Shown here piece by piece: positions 41,986-57,084 of a stretch of 64,000 bases of DNA (position 1 is the stretch's first letter; every line of letters begins with the position of its first letter). Source of the DNA: Eledone cirrhosa (taxonomy: Eukaryota); NCBI GenBank assembly GCA_964016885.1, contig OZ024742.1, positions 67,828,001 to 67,892,000 of the forward strand, read 5' to 3'. The notes under the pieces were generated by a model, which had not been told where the DNA came from, did no database searches, and worked only from the letters and a program-made list of their open reading frames with translations. The position numbers and the translations under genes were made by a program.

Positions 41986-43431
41986 CTAACATTCTTCAGC
42001 CCGACAAAGAGTAACTGATATTTTAATTATTCTAGCCTTGCAATACAATAATGATTCATTACAGTAAATACAACATATTAACCATAGTAAATGTTTTATA
42101 AAGTTAGAACTTAAAAGCTACTTGATTTACAATATTTAATAGATTAATTTGAAAGTTTAGGATTATACTTATTTGACGTCACACCATTAATTATATTTAA
42201 TTCCTAATTGGACTTGGAGCTTGCAATTACTTTTTAAAACATTAATTTATTAAATTTAGCGTTTGATTGACGTAGTTAATTTCATTAAGTTTTATTCAAC
42301 CTGTTCTAATTTAACAGAAAACACGTTTACATTACTCAGCATCTATTCATCGCTTTATTTTCAGGTATATTATTTTATCTCCACTTTATTTTAAGCTACT
42401 TCAAATTAATCCTATAATAATTTATATAACTTATATTCCAATCATTTCATATTTCCATACTTTGACATCATGTTTTAATCCAGTATTCGGTTAGATAATA
42501 TTATTGATTTAATGTAATTTACATACATGTTATTGATTTAACACATCTCTGCAAAGGATCCAAACACTTTTGCATGTTTTTTACATACATGTGTCTATAT
42601 CTAAGCAAGTAGATATTTTTCGCATGATCAACAAGAAATATAATTAGTTTTGTGTGTGTTTTTTTTTATTTTGTAATGTTTATTACAAAGACGCACATAT
42701 ACATGTGCCTGTTTGTATGTATGTGCGTCTTTGTGTGTGTGTTTGCATATGGATGTATGGGAATAAAGTATATTATACAGTGATAAACAAACGACGTAGT
42801 TATATAACATATATCTGATACAGTAATCCTCCTACTGATGTATCTATATGTATAATTGTATTGCATCGTAATGAATTGATTTACAAAATGTATGCACTTG
42901 ATTAAACACACGTAGCTTTATAAGTCAACCGCTATATATGTCACCTTCATTATAATACTTTATTCAAAATATGTTTAAAATGCAATATTACATTTCATGT
43001 AATATTCATTTGGTTATATGGATGCCAAATCAATGACAGTTCTTCCTTAATTATTCCTACATTCTATGAGGATACAAAAATAAACAGGACTATTATTTAA
43101 CTTTTTGCGTAAATACTCGGATTATATTATTTAAATACAACTACACATGCAGAATGGAGTTTAAAAAAGGTTTTCACTACTTTTTTTACATTTCTGTTTA
43201 GTTATAAATTCTCAAATAAACAAAATTACTTAATTCTTCTTTGATTTTCAACATTATAGCTACATATATATATACACACTCACACACAGACACTCACATA
43301 AACACATAAATATAAATGTATATATATATATATAATATTAAGGATACTATTTATGGTTATGTATATACTAAAACCTTTATAGTTATGTATATTTTAAACC
43401 CTAAACATTGAAGGTCAGTAATTTATAACCT

Positions 43432-44830
43432 TATTACCAGTAAGATAAATAGTTCAATGTAATAACATCAGTTGTTCTACAGAGCAGTTATATAGAATTC
43501 ACAAGAATCAAAGCATTTATTCACTTACAATTGTTTCATCCAAACCTAGGTTTGGTGTCTTCGGGGCATTTTTCAATGTTTGTACACATAATTGACCTCC
43601 TTTCCAACGCAAGAGACATACAGATACATATATATATATTGATGTACAGTGGAGTGACATATATTATACTATATTATTTCTGTATAGCAATTCAAATAAA
43701 AAATTAAAAATCAAAATTAAAATTAAAACAAAATTAAAACAAAATTAAAATACATTCGGCAGTTAACACAGATAATGCAAGAGGATAGTTTGTTAGTCAG
43801 ATGTAGTAGTTAGTGTATGCGTTAGTTACACGTGGGGCATGCAAGTGTGTCTCATTTATATATGATTATTGTGTGGCAGGGTGTTACAAGCAATTTAAGC
43901 GGGTAAGTAAGAGTATTATGGTGGTTGTAGTGGTAAGGTATTTTTTGTATATAATAAAAATAAAAAGGAGAAGCAAAAAAAAGTTATGGTTTTCGTATCC
44001 ACCACCATTTTCACATTCAGAAAAATTAATATATAGTTTTTACATCCATTACATAAGTAACGATGATTCCGTATTGGATGTTTGATGCATTAAATTAAAT
44101 TATTTTAGCTTATTGCGGCTCAGTATTATTTAATCCAAATTTATATAACAGGATGATTCTGCTGCGAGAATTTACAGCGGTTTATTATCCGGAAGTATGT
44201 GTGTAATTAAGGGGAGTTAATGCGTAAGGGGAGGTTACTAGCTGATTTCTATAACTAAATGCATTGTTCTAACATACATTATAAGGCGCCTCAATTGAGT
44301 CCCTTATATAGACGGTTATATATTTATATCCAGTTTCCAATTTTAAATACAGTCTCCTCTATCATGATGTACTAAAGGTATCTATATTAGTATGATTACT
44401 CCCTATCATACAGTGCTACAACTGAATACTCCATACAAAGAGCCATATCTTGATATCAAAGTTCACTGCAAATGTAGTCTACTCTCAGAACATGTCAGGG
44501 GACCTATTAGAAGTATGTCTACATAACCCCTGGTAGGTTCTGGAGCAGCGTATGGCTGTTTGCATGGCAAAGCCAAATACATCTCTAGGGCAGACAAATA
44601 AATCCCTTATTTACAATGTCATTAATCTATCCATCAAGTTATACTTGCATATATAACTCACATACTATTCATACATAATTCATTGCACTCAACATATAAG
44701 TCGGAAAGGAGGTCAATTATGTGTACAAACATTGAAAAATGCTCCGAAGAATCCAAGCCTAGGTTTGGATGAAACAATTGTAAGTGAATAAATGCTTTGA
44801 ACATAGCTTTGATTCTTGTGAATTCTATAT
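43432..44830 (-). mobile_element. ~1.3 kb non-coding element with inverted 5' pLTR piece; HHR motifs at 43522-43568 (-) and 44740-44786 (+)
   Basis: Inverted arms 43490-43605 / 44703-44830; tgct-CCGAAGA-atccaagcctaggtttggat-GAAA-caattg-TA-agtg. Confidence 0.75.
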
Positions 44831-44858
44831 ATACATATATATATATTTATATACACAC

Positions 44859-44997
<139 letters not shown>

Positions 44998-45002
44998 TAT
45001 AC

Positions 45003-45657
45003 CAAATGAAGCAGTGGGGTTAAAGACTCGTGTTTATCCCTGTAATTTAATATTTAATGAGCTCAAGGGAAAGATTTCCTGGCTCTTCAAAATACAGTAT
45101 GGAGAGGAGAATACACAGGAGAATGTGTTTTCAATTACAGGGTGTATAAGTCAACTAGAGTGAATAACATAAAAACTACGAAATGTATGGGAAATAAATT
45201 ATAATTAAAAAGATAAATTAAAATGGAATAACCCACATTTATAATTATATGACACCTGTACAGACTCACAAAAAGAATGTTTTGCCATAAGTATCATATA
45301 AACTCGTGGTTCTTCAGGTGTAAAGAGGATACGCTCCACAATTCTATAAAAACTTTAGTTAAGTGACTTGTAGCACGTGGTGGGAGATGGAAAATGCGAG
45401 ACAGTGACTAGTTTCGTAAATGGAACAGAAAGCTGCTAGAAATGGAAGCCTATAACCAGTCAACTTAAAATGCTCAACAAACAGATAGATACCTGAGGAG
45501 CTATATATCAAATGAAGCAACAGAGTTATCCCTTAATTTAATGAGCTCAGGGGAAAAATTACCGGGCTCTTCAAACCTTCAAAATACAATATAGAGAGGA
45601 GAATACACAGGAGAATGTGTTTTCAATTAGACGCTGTATAAGAAATGTATGGGAAAT
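45003..45657. repeat. Partial tandem duplication, period ~505 bp
   Basis: caaatgaagca...gagaggagaatacacaggagaatgtgttttcaatta...gaaatgtatgggaaata at ~45003-45196 and ~45509-45657. Confidence 0.8.
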
Positions 45658-46116
45658 ATATACCTCTGGTATATGATCTTTAATGCGAGCAATAACTAAA
45701 CAAAGTTATTGGGACACGTAAAATAGGGTGAAGCGAGCGAGGCATGTAAACAAACAGAGATGGTAAGCAACGGAAAGAGAAGAAAAGAAAAGGAGAAACA
45801 AGTCCGTGATATCTGTGAACTTAAGTTCGGTGAAATCATAGATTTCAGATACAGAGATACAGACCATCCGACCTGGGTGAGATATGAGCGAGAAAAGGAT
45901 TTCACACAGGTCAAACGGGAGGTGGTGAGAGAGGGGGAGTAGCAGAGAGTGAGGAGTGAAAGTGTGAGGAAGGGGCCAGCTGAGAGAGAGTGACTGGCAG
46001 AGGGGGTAAAAAGAAGGTGAGAGAAACAGAGAAAGGGAAGCAGTAAGAAAGAAACAGACAGGTCACAGCGGCCAATAACTTTTTTAGTTATTGCTCACAC
46101 CAAGCAGAGTTATATG

Positions 46117-46163
<47 letters not shown>

Positions 46164-46651
46164 GTGTGTGTGTGGTGTGCGTATAGGGAGAGAGATGGAG
46201 AGAGAGTGGCACACACAGAGATTAAGAATGAGAAATCGAAGCCCCAGTCGAAATGAATAATTCGTAACCTTCATCGATTACAACCATCTTCGATTCGGAT
46301 GCTCATCAGGCATGGTGGAAGAGAGAATCGGAATGCTTTGATCTCTGTTTTCATATTAAGGGCTCGAGACGGTCACTTAAACCTATTGACCTATTACGGA
46401 CTCCGTAAACCTGAGAGTCCCAAACAACAGGGGACCGGTTTGGGCATATCCGTTTAAAGTGTTATTGTTGCAACAAATACGATATATACTTCAATGGCCT
46501 GGTTAAATAAGATCATGGTGATATCATCAGCCTCAGATTGCATAATTAGTTAATCAATAAATGGAATTACGGCTACCAAAAAAGATAAATTATAAATATA
46601 TATATATTATAGAAAACGAAGAATCAGTGATGCATCGGAACACAATTTATT

Positions 46652-46746
46652 AACATATTACAATTGTTTCTCCGGCGAACAGCTCGAGGTACGATCTATT
46701 TGTGGATCGAACCTCATTCTGGATTAGCAAGTTCCTCAGATACGTC
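46652..46746 (-). ncRNA. Type I hammerhead with 62 nt stem II domain, intact core
   Basis: gacgtat-CTGAGGA-(62 nt)-GAAA-caattg-TA-atatgtt. Confidence 0.75.
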
Positions 46747-47220
46747 TAGCGACTTCGAAAAAAATCTTCCGCCTGATGTTATTCTGTCCCTTTGAGTTTA
46801 CCCCCGTCCGTCATCATCCTGTTTACTTGGCCTGTCCATTGGTCAAGAATTTGACTCGTCATCTGTAATTTTGACCAGTCAAAACTGCCCACTGTCTATT
46901 TCCATTCAGGCGTGAGCTGTCTGTCACCTTAATTCTGCCCTAAAATGACTGCTATATGGGAAGGGGTTGTAAACTGCCTGACATGTCCCGAGTTTGCCCG
47001 CACCTCGACATACAAACGCCCACACATACGTGTGGTCACACACAGAAACTCAGAAATCCCGATCACACATGTATTTGTACGGACGTGTACACACACACAC
47101 GCACGTACGTGTACACATGTGCCCACACACGTACACATACATTATTCACACTCTCATACATGCACATACAGATATACTCACACATGTACACATCCACATA
47201 CCCATATATATATATATATA

Positions 47221-47413
47221 TAACGAAGGAAATGTGGTAAAAAACCAGATGGACCATAACGCACCAAAGTACTCAATGCTTAAGGTAGTAGAGTGGGTAA
47301 TAGGGACAAGTATGACCCCGACGGCAGAGCTCAAGCCGTTTCGACGGCTAATTCTGGAGTCCAGAATTAGCCGTCGAAACGGCTTGAGCTCTGCCGTCGG
47401 GGTCATACTTGTT

Positions 47414-47418
<5 letters not shown>
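47221..47418. mobile_element. taacgaagg family copy with a 119 bp palindrome carrying the HHR 3' half
   Basis: Arms 47300-47358 / 47360-47418, 1 mismatch; ccgtc-GAAA-cggc-ttgagctct-gccg-TC-ggggtc. Confidence 0.85.
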
Positions 47419-47460
<42 letters not shown>

Positions 47461-48417
47461 GTATATATATATATACACCCGCATACACAAGCACACATCA
47501 AAGCCTACTCATATATATATATACACATGCATACATATATACACCCATATATATATATATACACACACATATATAATTACAGACACTCGCAAGTGTGCGT
47601 GTGTGTATATATATATATATACGTCTTTACAGGTACGCATGCACAGGTTTAGGTGTACACACCTGCATACATCCATGCATACACCCAACCCACAGACGCA
47701 CCCACAGACAGACACATGTACGCACACTCATATGACTACAGGCTCCCACACAGAAATATATACATGTATATACACACACCCACATATATATATATATGTA
47801 TGCACATATATACATAAACACATGCATGTATACATGTACATACATACACACACATATATACATGCGTCCATTTCGTACCCTTGTACTACCCATGCACACA
47901 AGTTCATACACAAACAGCCCTGGACATACACGTATACCCATGTTTGGATCCGCGTATTCACATGCAAGCATATACAAACAACCACATACGCTCGCATATA
48001 CACCCAAGCATAGTCTCACACATACATATAAACATACAGGCCTACACACCTATATATACAAGCGTGCGTGCACACACACACACCCATATGCACGTGCATA
48101 TACATACACACCTTGGCGTATAGGTGGGTAAGCACGCGCGTACACATGCCCACAGGTGTGCATAGACAGACATATATACACGCGCCTCACATGTAGGGTA
48201 TACTCCCACTCATATGTCTGCATATGGACATGCACACTCACGCAATGTCTCACATAGAAGTATATACATATACACCTTGAGTAAAGTGATTTAGGGTATT
48301 AACGTGAAATAATCCACATAAATAACCCATATAAACTAAATACATATGAAAAACTCATAAAACAAAAAAATACTTAGAAAATACATTAAAAAATACATTT
48401 AAAAATTATAAACAAAG

Positions 48418-48719
48418 TATTGGAAATCGATTGATGCAATATCAAGCGATTAGCGAACTCTAGACCTACCAGATCAAAGAATCAATTGTCAGCAATGTGA
48501 ATAAACCCCTTATTGTACAGCCAACCATGTCACTCTTCTTTCTTGAATTATTATTACTCCAAGTATAACCTACATAGAAATCACTGCGAACTCGCAGCAT
48601 CACTATGGAAACGTCTTGTTGAGTCAAACTAAGCCATACGTTAATACCATCCACAACACGGAGTATTCTAACTAGACTACATCTAAGTGGACTGCCTATA
48701 ACGATAACCTGTTATCCCG
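48418..48719 (+). mobile_element. pLTR-like element, same family as 7571-7985
   Basis: Colinear homology ending gataacctgttatccc before a TA/TG microsatellite. Confidence 0.75.
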
Positions 48720-48793
<74 letters not shown>

Positions 48794-49161
48794 ATGAAGA
48801 ATTAGAAATAGAAGTTAGGAACATCCATCATCAGTTGTCTACTAGGCATTACAGACAATATATCTCCAGCTAGGGCGATACAATAACTAAAATAAGTTAT
48901 TGGGATAGAAAGAGTTGGGTGGAGAAAGAGAAAGACATGTAAACACACACGAATGGTGAGGCAACGTAAAGAGAGGAAAAACTGAAAACAATCAAGTCAA
49001 TAATTCATTTCGAACATAAGAACGGGCGAATTTTGACGAGGAGATATATATAATTGGTGTTGGATGCTTAAAGCGTCCATATGCGGTAGGCCGTTTGAGC
49101 ACTCGATGCTCTCACAGAGCAGAGTATGATATCAAAGAAAAAATATGCTTCGTAGAATCAA

Positions 49162-49257
49162 GACGTATCTGAGGACCTTACGATTTTCAGAGTCAGGTTC
49201 GATCATCAGATCGATCGTGCCTCCAGCTGGTCGCCATAGAAACGATTGAAATATGTC
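49162..49257 (+). ncRNA. Hammerhead with long stem II, cleavage site mutated
   Basis: gacgtat-CTGAGGA...GAAA-cgattg-AA-atatgtc. Confidence 0.6.
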
Positions 49258-49339
49258 CAATAAATTCCATTCGTCGCAACATGATAATTAGTAATGCTTA
49301 AACAATGAGAGAAATCTCTCAGATAAGCAATATTATATA

Positions 49340-49640
49340 TCAAAATTAAGTGAGAGTGAGAAAAGACTGAATTCATGGCAGTATAAACATGATAGACAAA
49401 AACAAAATATTCTATCTAAACTTACTTATATATAGATCTCCCTACCATGGTTTCACATGGAGAAGAATTCTTATTGGGACTATTAATAATTGAAGAATTC
49501 GGCATGGAGGTTCCAATAAGAATTCTCTCCCATATTAAATCATGGTAGGGAGATCTATATATAAGCAAGTTTAGATAGAACATTGTTTGTCTATCGTGTT
49601 TATACTCCCATAAATTGAGTTTTTTCTCATTTAAATTTAA
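49340..49640. repeat. Diverged fold-back (MITE-like) element
   Basis: 49380-49480 is reverse-complementary to 49511-49607. Confidence 0.75.
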
Positions 49641-51052
49641 TACATAATATATAACCCGGTATATTTTGTCTTGATTGAGAATTTCCCTGATTAGCTGAGA
49701 TTCTAATATGTCGTCATGTAAATCACCAAAATCATTCTGAACAAAATCCACATATATGTGTAAAATCGACAAAATAGATAGTCTATAAAAACCTCAACTT
49801 AGTTTTTACCCATAACTTAAAATCCTCTGCTATGGTGTGGAATAATCTTATAATAAAACCTATGATTTGGCATTATAAAAAATCCCCAAATACAACTAAA
49901 ATATGCTTTAGTTATGCACCGCTTTTACAAAGGAAATTAAACTCATTGACTCGTGAAAGCCTTAGCTATGTTATAAATAGTACACCCACCTAAAATCTAA
50001 TAAAACCACCCCATCTCTCAAGAAACAAAATATATCTAAATTCTTCGCAATTGTTATTTTCTGTTATAGAAAATTCTAATATTTTATCATCGAGGAATAC
50101 GAAATTAAAAAAATAAAACATTAAATGAATATTTTTTTCACTTTGAATAACCAAAAATTATCGGATGTTGTTTTACACGATTTTCCCTGTGGCATTGACA
50201 GACCATGACGGGAAAATTCTGTAATTTTGGCTGACATCTTAATGAAACAATAACGAAAATAAAAGTACAAAAATATAACAACAAAACAACAGCACAAATC
50301 TTTCTGTTCTCTCCATTTTCTGCAAATGGAGAATCGATAATTCTGTGAGAACGTTGCTGTTGATTTAAATGATAATAATAATAATTCTTTCTGGTAGTTG
50401 TGGCGATGAGGAGAGAGATAAAACTCGATTATCATAACAAGGTACATGATGATCATAATGATTGCGCCACTGAGGATGATGATGACGATGTTGGTGAAGG
50501 TGGTGATGATGTTGATGACGGGGAGGAGGAGGAAGAAGAGAATGGTGATTGTGATGGTGATAGTATTGTTGCTGTTGTTGTTGATGATGTCTGTAGTGGT
50601 GATGATAACGATGATGAAGAAGAATATAAAGTCTATAAAGAACAAGAGAAAGATGATGATGATGATGATGATGATGTTGATGATGATGATGATGACGACG
50701 ACGATTATGATGATAAGAATAATTGTAATACATGAATAACTCCTCAGATCATCTAGCAGGTCAACGATGTTTAATGCGTTGTTGACTCCAATTGAACTAT
50801 TGTTTGTGACAGGCGCACATATACGTACTCACAAGCATACACGTGCACACGCACACACGCAGTAACAACTACAACATATACTTGCATTCACACACAGACA
50901 ATACTATTCACGCAAACATCCTCAAAGGCGTAAACGCATATACCCACATATATTCATGAACTTATTTCATAATCGATACAAAGAGTGACTCATTATACAG
51001 CCAGTTGACTTACTAGAAATAGCAGCAAAGGTTTCCTCAATCAACCGCTCAG

Positions 51053-51251
51053 ATTTGTGGTCGAGCCTGTGGCAGGGGAGAATTCTGGCATTCTCAGCCC
51101 AAGGACAACATCCCTACTCACTGCTGTCGGGGCGGAGTTCTCACCCGGAGAGGTGAAGCAGCTGTTCCAGCGCTTCTACAACGTCATCTTCCGGCGCAAT
51201 GTCCACTCCAGCCGATCAACCGAGACCACAAGGCGAACTGACCCTTGAACA
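51053..51251 (+). CDS. Probable host coding exon containing a stop codon; product unknown
   Basis: GC-rich island between cag (51050-51052) and gtgagt (51252); frame FVVEPVAGENSGILSPRTTSLLTAVGAEFSPGEVKQLFQRFYNVIFRRNVHSSRSTETTRRTDP* with G/C-rich third positions. Confidence 0.45.
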
Positions 51252-53339
51252 GTGAGTGGTACATACAAATCACAAACACACATACACATACACACACACG
51301 CGCACAAAATTATTTTTTCCCACATGTATTAGACAAAGCTATTATTCTATTACTCAAGATAAGAATAACTCTCCATTACCCTAGGTTATCTTTAAAAGAT
51401 GAAAGTATATATTCCAGATACTGCCTGATTGAAACAGACAGGATGTCTCTTTTGTGCGTCTTTCATCATAGACAAGTATGATCTGAATTGACTTATTACT
51501 AAACAACATTAATTTCAAATACCTAGCCAACAAAGGCGTTTCTACACAGTCTCAAGAACTGTTAGAAATAGCTGCCAAGTCTCAGAAAAACAACTGAGGG
51601 CTAAACTCCATCTAATTTAAAGAGTTAATAGTCACGACTGGAATGTATTTGATCATATGTCTACTGAAAAAGCTGACAAATAGTCTACGCTATATATATA
51701 TATGAGAATATGCGGACTATATAATCAGTATACAGGGAAACAGCGAAATAGTTAGAGTGTTATACACGCAAGTACCCACGTAGACACATATAAGTGTACA
51801 TTAATAGAGTCACTTTACCGAAATCCGAAGTTAGCAAATAAAGATTTAAAAAAATAGGCCATCATTATATCAATTTCAAATGTTTTACAGCGTGGCTCCA
51901 CAAAGCGCTTACGTCACGCAGCAAACATATTTATTGGAAGAAAGCCGTGTTAGTATATTTTGCCTGTCTCTATACTGATGGATTTTACTATATTTAGAAG
52001 ACTGGCTATTGTACTTGTCATTAAAATAACAGAGATTTTATTTCAAATGGCTGTCTTGTTTGATATGATATATCAAATTTTGGTCATAGATGTTTTTGAT
52101 GCGTAGCTCCATGTAGTGTTTTGATATCTGGACTGACAGCAATATACATGACAGTGTACATAGACACAGAATTAATACCATATATAAAATTCAGATCCGT
52201 GATGAGTAGCTGAATGATAAACTTAGGAATTCATACGAAACGGGAAATTTTGCCATGAGGCCCAGAGTTCCAATGGCCTTTCTAAAAAAACGAATCATGA
52301 ACTACCGACTACCAACCTACAACCGACAACTCTAATTTCGTCGCTCTTGTCATTTCTTGTACCTTATCTTCTCTCCACTCAGGCTATATTGGACTTTTTT
52401 AAATGATCTGCTATATAGTTCCTGAAACTAAGATGGTCGGGTATCAAAAGGTGACTTATGAAAATCTTCAGTCAAATGTTATCTCTCCAGACCTGCGATT
52501 CGGAAAGCGCATCAACAGCTAACGTGGTCGTATCTAACTGTTTCCAATCCCCATAATGAATAACATTATGGGTGTCTAGTGGACCTAATCATATATCTAG
52601 CATTAAAAATCTACGTCAATAATCTTAGAGCGACAACTAGGTATACGTCAAGTCTCATTGCAACAAAGTGGGAATTTAAGTGTTTGCACTGTGACTCAAG
52701 AAATTACGTTACGTTGACTGGGGAGGCTATCATAGACACACTAAAGCAAGAACTTCATTTTATGAGCTTCCCATTTCTAGTTGTTCTGAAAATAAATTTC
52801 AATGTCATATCTGGTCGGATTTCTGCTCCCGAGTCAGAGCCAGCGCTATTTAACGCTCAAAAGTAGACCTTTGTGTTTCAGTTAAGCATACACTTTCTAG
52901 TCTGCCTCGACTGCCTTCCGCTTCCTCTAAAGCCTCATAACAACCTCTGAACTGGAGAGTTTGAAGTCTCTCCATCCTTTGCACTGCGGATATTCCCTTA
53001 ACCTGACAGAGCTAAACTAAATCCTGAGATTGTTGTTATTCCCGTATATCATAACGGTGTGTCAATTTCACCTCAAATTCGTTTACTTGGATCCCAGACA
53101 ATGAATCTCCATGGAAACGTAATTTTCTCTCCATCGCTGGAACAATACCAACACAAGGGAGTTTCAGTGTGGGCAAACCTCACATAACTTATTATTAAAC
53201 TGATGTGACTATATTGAGTGCAATCTGGAGTACCTACCACTGGCACTGGATGAGCGAGACAGGGACGAAAAAGGAAGTGAGACACTCATGGCAATCCGGG
53301 CAACCAACAAGCCAAGATAAGGATGACTATTGAAATACC

Positions 53340-55420
53340 AGAAAGTGTTTCGTCAACACGTTGCAAAATGTAGTGTCCATAGATAAGAGTATTTTGTTAT
53401 GATGTCTTGGAATTTGTGAGAGAATGTATGAATTCGGTAATGCTGGTTGATATACGATATCGCCCTGATGAGTGATATGCCTTGATTTGGCTAAGACGCC
53501 ACCAATTACCGTGGTAACTGCCACAACCCCAATCTCACGGCCAGTGCCTGAGAGAGAACAGGCAGAGTACGGACAGTACGAAGATATCAGAGGATGAAGG
53601 TAAATTGAGCCGGGCTTAAATATCCGTATGTTTGAGGCTAGCTATTTTCTGTGATGATGTTATAGCTATGTTTTTCTACGTTACAAATCCATATGTGTAT
53701 CTGTGATAATTTCGCAACATTGATACCCAGTTGAGATTGCTGAGAAAATAAGCAACCAAAACAAAAATAATAGAAAATGAAAGTAGTAGCGAATAAGAGA
53801 ACTTAGATACGCTACTGTATAGCTTGATGTATGGGGGGATCTATATCTTTGCTGATTGAAAGTATATGGAGCTTTGATAGTCGATGTGTTTTTGCCCGAG
53901 TGAGTCGGAAGAGTTGAGGTTAGTTTGAGGTTTTTTCCGTGGCCATGTGTGCAATTGCATTAAAAAGTGTATCTGCCTTTGTGCAGTGTTGCATGCCCAT
54001 GTGAGTAAGGATTAATGTATCAGCCAACAGTTATTTGAACTTCAACTTGTAAGTTGAAGGTCGAGAGAACAGAAAAGAATATCTAGCAAAAATTCCAGAT
54101 ATATCAATCACATGCGATAGCTAGGGATTACGTTTGTTTGGACTATGTCTGTTTGGAAATATGTTTAAAATATTAAAATGAATGTTCTGTTTGCGCGCAC
54201 GTGTGTGTAGACTAAAGTGTGTAGACTAAAGCTAAAAAGTCATTGAACGAGAGATAATAAAACGTTGAATGGAATAAATATAAATCGAATAAAGAATTTT
54301 TTAATTTACCAACAGTGAGAGAACCATTTTTAAAAAAAACATTGTCTCATCAGCGTAAAATTATAGAAAGGACATGCAAATGAGAAAACATTAAAAATAA
54401 TGATTACTTGTCCATGCAGCTAATAGTTCATAGACAAAATTATGTTCGTTTACTTCTTGTATGTTTCCATCCTGATGAACACGTGAGTGGATGTAATTGT
54501 TTCAACCATTATTGTTGGTATTGTTATAGCAGGAACTCGTAAACGTAGTTGTGCGTAAAAAATAATTCATTTTCTTCTTGTGTTTCATTTCTTTTAAAGG
54601 ACAAAATGTTATTCGTCTAGGACATGTTCACGTTTATAGTCGAAAGAGCTTTATTGAGAATCTTGTTTGTTACAAGAACGTTAAATTTTAACGTTACCCA
54701 TACCAACTGGTGATAAATGAAGGAACGTTCAGAAAAATGCGTGTGTTGTCGGGTCACCTGTGGGAAAGCGAAACAAGTTTACGTTTAGAAAAGTTGCATG
54801 TTGTTATGTTTTAAACTCTTACATTCAGAGATTGTGCGTGTTGTTTGTTGAAAGACGAGTTTACGTGTTCATTATGTCGGGGTCACTAGATTAGCAGGAA
54901 TATTATTTTGTTAGTAGATGTGTGTAGTTCGTGTTGATTGGTGTGGGGGATATGTCAGGACCACGATGAATTGAAAGGCACCAAGAAGGAAACAAACCTT
55001 CTAATCTAGATTTGTTTTATTTCTGATATGGAAAGCAATGAAATTATAATAACACGAGAAGAAACATTAATCGGTTGACGTACAGAGAGTTTGGTCAACA
55101 CGTTGTGAAAAGCAGTGTTCGTAGAAAACAATAATATGTGCTGGAATTTGTGAGTGAATATGTGAATTCAGAGGTATTGGTTTCGGTAAGATATCGCCTG
55201 TATTATTACCAGCATTTGACTTTGTTGTGACACCACCAATCACTCTGATAACTACCATAGCCCACGTCCCTTGCCCTGTATCTGAGGGAACATACAAGAT
55301 GCAAACAGGACAAATAGAGTAGAGAGGGAAGCTGAAATAAGCAGGACTTAAATAACTATGTTTCAGGACAACAATTTTTGGTGATGCCAGTATAGGTATT
55401 TTTGTCTGCATGACATATCC
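53340..55420. repeat. Old diverged direct repeat pair (~350 bp) at 53340-53700 and 55085-55420
   Basis: Shared colinear blocks gtcaacacgttg, tggaatttgtgag, tgaattc, gatatcgcc, ccaccaat, gtgatg..gt-tag-tat. Confidence 0.65.
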
Positions 55421-55750
55421 GCAGATTTAACCGTGACCATTACGCCACAGATTCTTAAACCGCAACGTATATGTAGAGGAACCAACAGGTATCATTCAAC
55501 TGTCTTCCAAGCTATATTAGGTGGGACTCTTTACTCCTTTAATCTGCTCTCTCCCCGATTGAGCGATGTTCTCCTTTTACATTTTCACATCTACGGATAT
55601 TGATACATACACAAACACCTACACACGGCAGTCGTACATTAGCATATACACACGTATAATCACGTACGCACGGACATACCACTACTCATACACACATATA
55701 TGTATATATTCGCCTACAAACCCACGTATACACGTATGTAAGTTTGTCCA

Positions 55751-55823
<73 letters not shown>

Positions 55824-56265
55824 CAGCATATGTTGCCTTGAAGATTGTAACTGTCTTTCTTGCATTTCAAAATTAGTTTCCACCTCAGTTACATGTCGTT
55901 TTAAAAATATATTTTCTCTAATATTGTGTCTGTCTTTGAAGTATATCTCCTTAGGAGGGGTTAACGCCCAGTACGTCGAACTCACTTTTCAGTACCTTCA
56001 TCTAAGCGTGAACCTAATAACATTAATTGATTTATACCTATGTATATGTATGTGCGTGTATATATATAATATTCATATATGCTTATATTCGGGAATGCAT
56101 AGACATACGCACACGTACATAGACACAAAAAGCGAGATAGATGGCCGCTTGTGAAATAATTTCGATAACAATCTCTCTAAACGGATATATCTTGAGTACA
56201 ATTTATGTTAACATTATTTCAAGTATGTATGTATAAATGTATGATGTGTGTAAGTATGTATATAA

Positions 56266-56329
<64 letters not shown>

Positions 56330-56523
56330 CCAAGGATACATACATACATGCATACATACATACATACATACATACATAGATACCCACACACATACATAGA
56401 TACATACATACATATATACGCAGGTGTAGGTGTTTGTGAGTGATAGTTTGAGTGTATGTATATGCATATACATACACTCAAACTCTCACACAAACACACA
56501 CACACTCACACACACACACACAC

Positions 56524-56578
<55 letters not shown>

Positions 56579-56598
56579 TATATATATATATGTGAATG

Positions 56599-56640
<42 letters not shown>

Positions 56641-57003
56641 TATATGAGGGGAGCGTGTGGGTAGATAGATATATTATGATATCTGAATTATAAAACAATA
56701 AACCGTATCAGTAGAACGAAATCTATCAGTTTCGGTATATTTATTTTTTCTACATGTTATACATTTAAACAATGAAATAACATTAACGTACCACCTTTAT
56801 CCCAGACGGATTGATTTAGAAGGGTTCCACCTAAAGAAAACTTTAGCCATAAGCGATATAATCAACCAATTTATCCTTGTAATGTCGCTCGTAAAATGTT
56901 TATCAGAATCAGTTAATAAAACACAAATGAAGCGCAGAATCGCAATTTTACATTTAGCTTTCTTTAATGGCCATGTAAATAGGCTGTCTATGCTTGTACT
57001 AGA

Positions 57004-57084
<81 letters not shown>

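Noticed and set aside
45285-45322. Minus-strand CTGAAGA inside the 505 bp tandem unit
   Set aside because: No GAAA or stem geometry could be completed
46298-46316. Minus-strand CTGATGAGC (and plus-strand CTGATGAG at 53465)
   Set aside because: No matching stem II-GAAA-NUH downstream
46994-48253. 339 aa ORF and overlapping ORFs
   Set aside because: Decayed CA/TA-rich sequence plus a nested repeat; low complexity
50365-50739. Acidic, poly-His and poly-Met ORFs
   Set aside because: Degenerate (GAT)n repeat that is open in several frames, with no splice or domain support
52250-53300. Possible decayed LTR/DIRS pol (AVDALS-like string on the minus strand)
   Set aside because: A single weak motif with many stops; cannot be supported without a search
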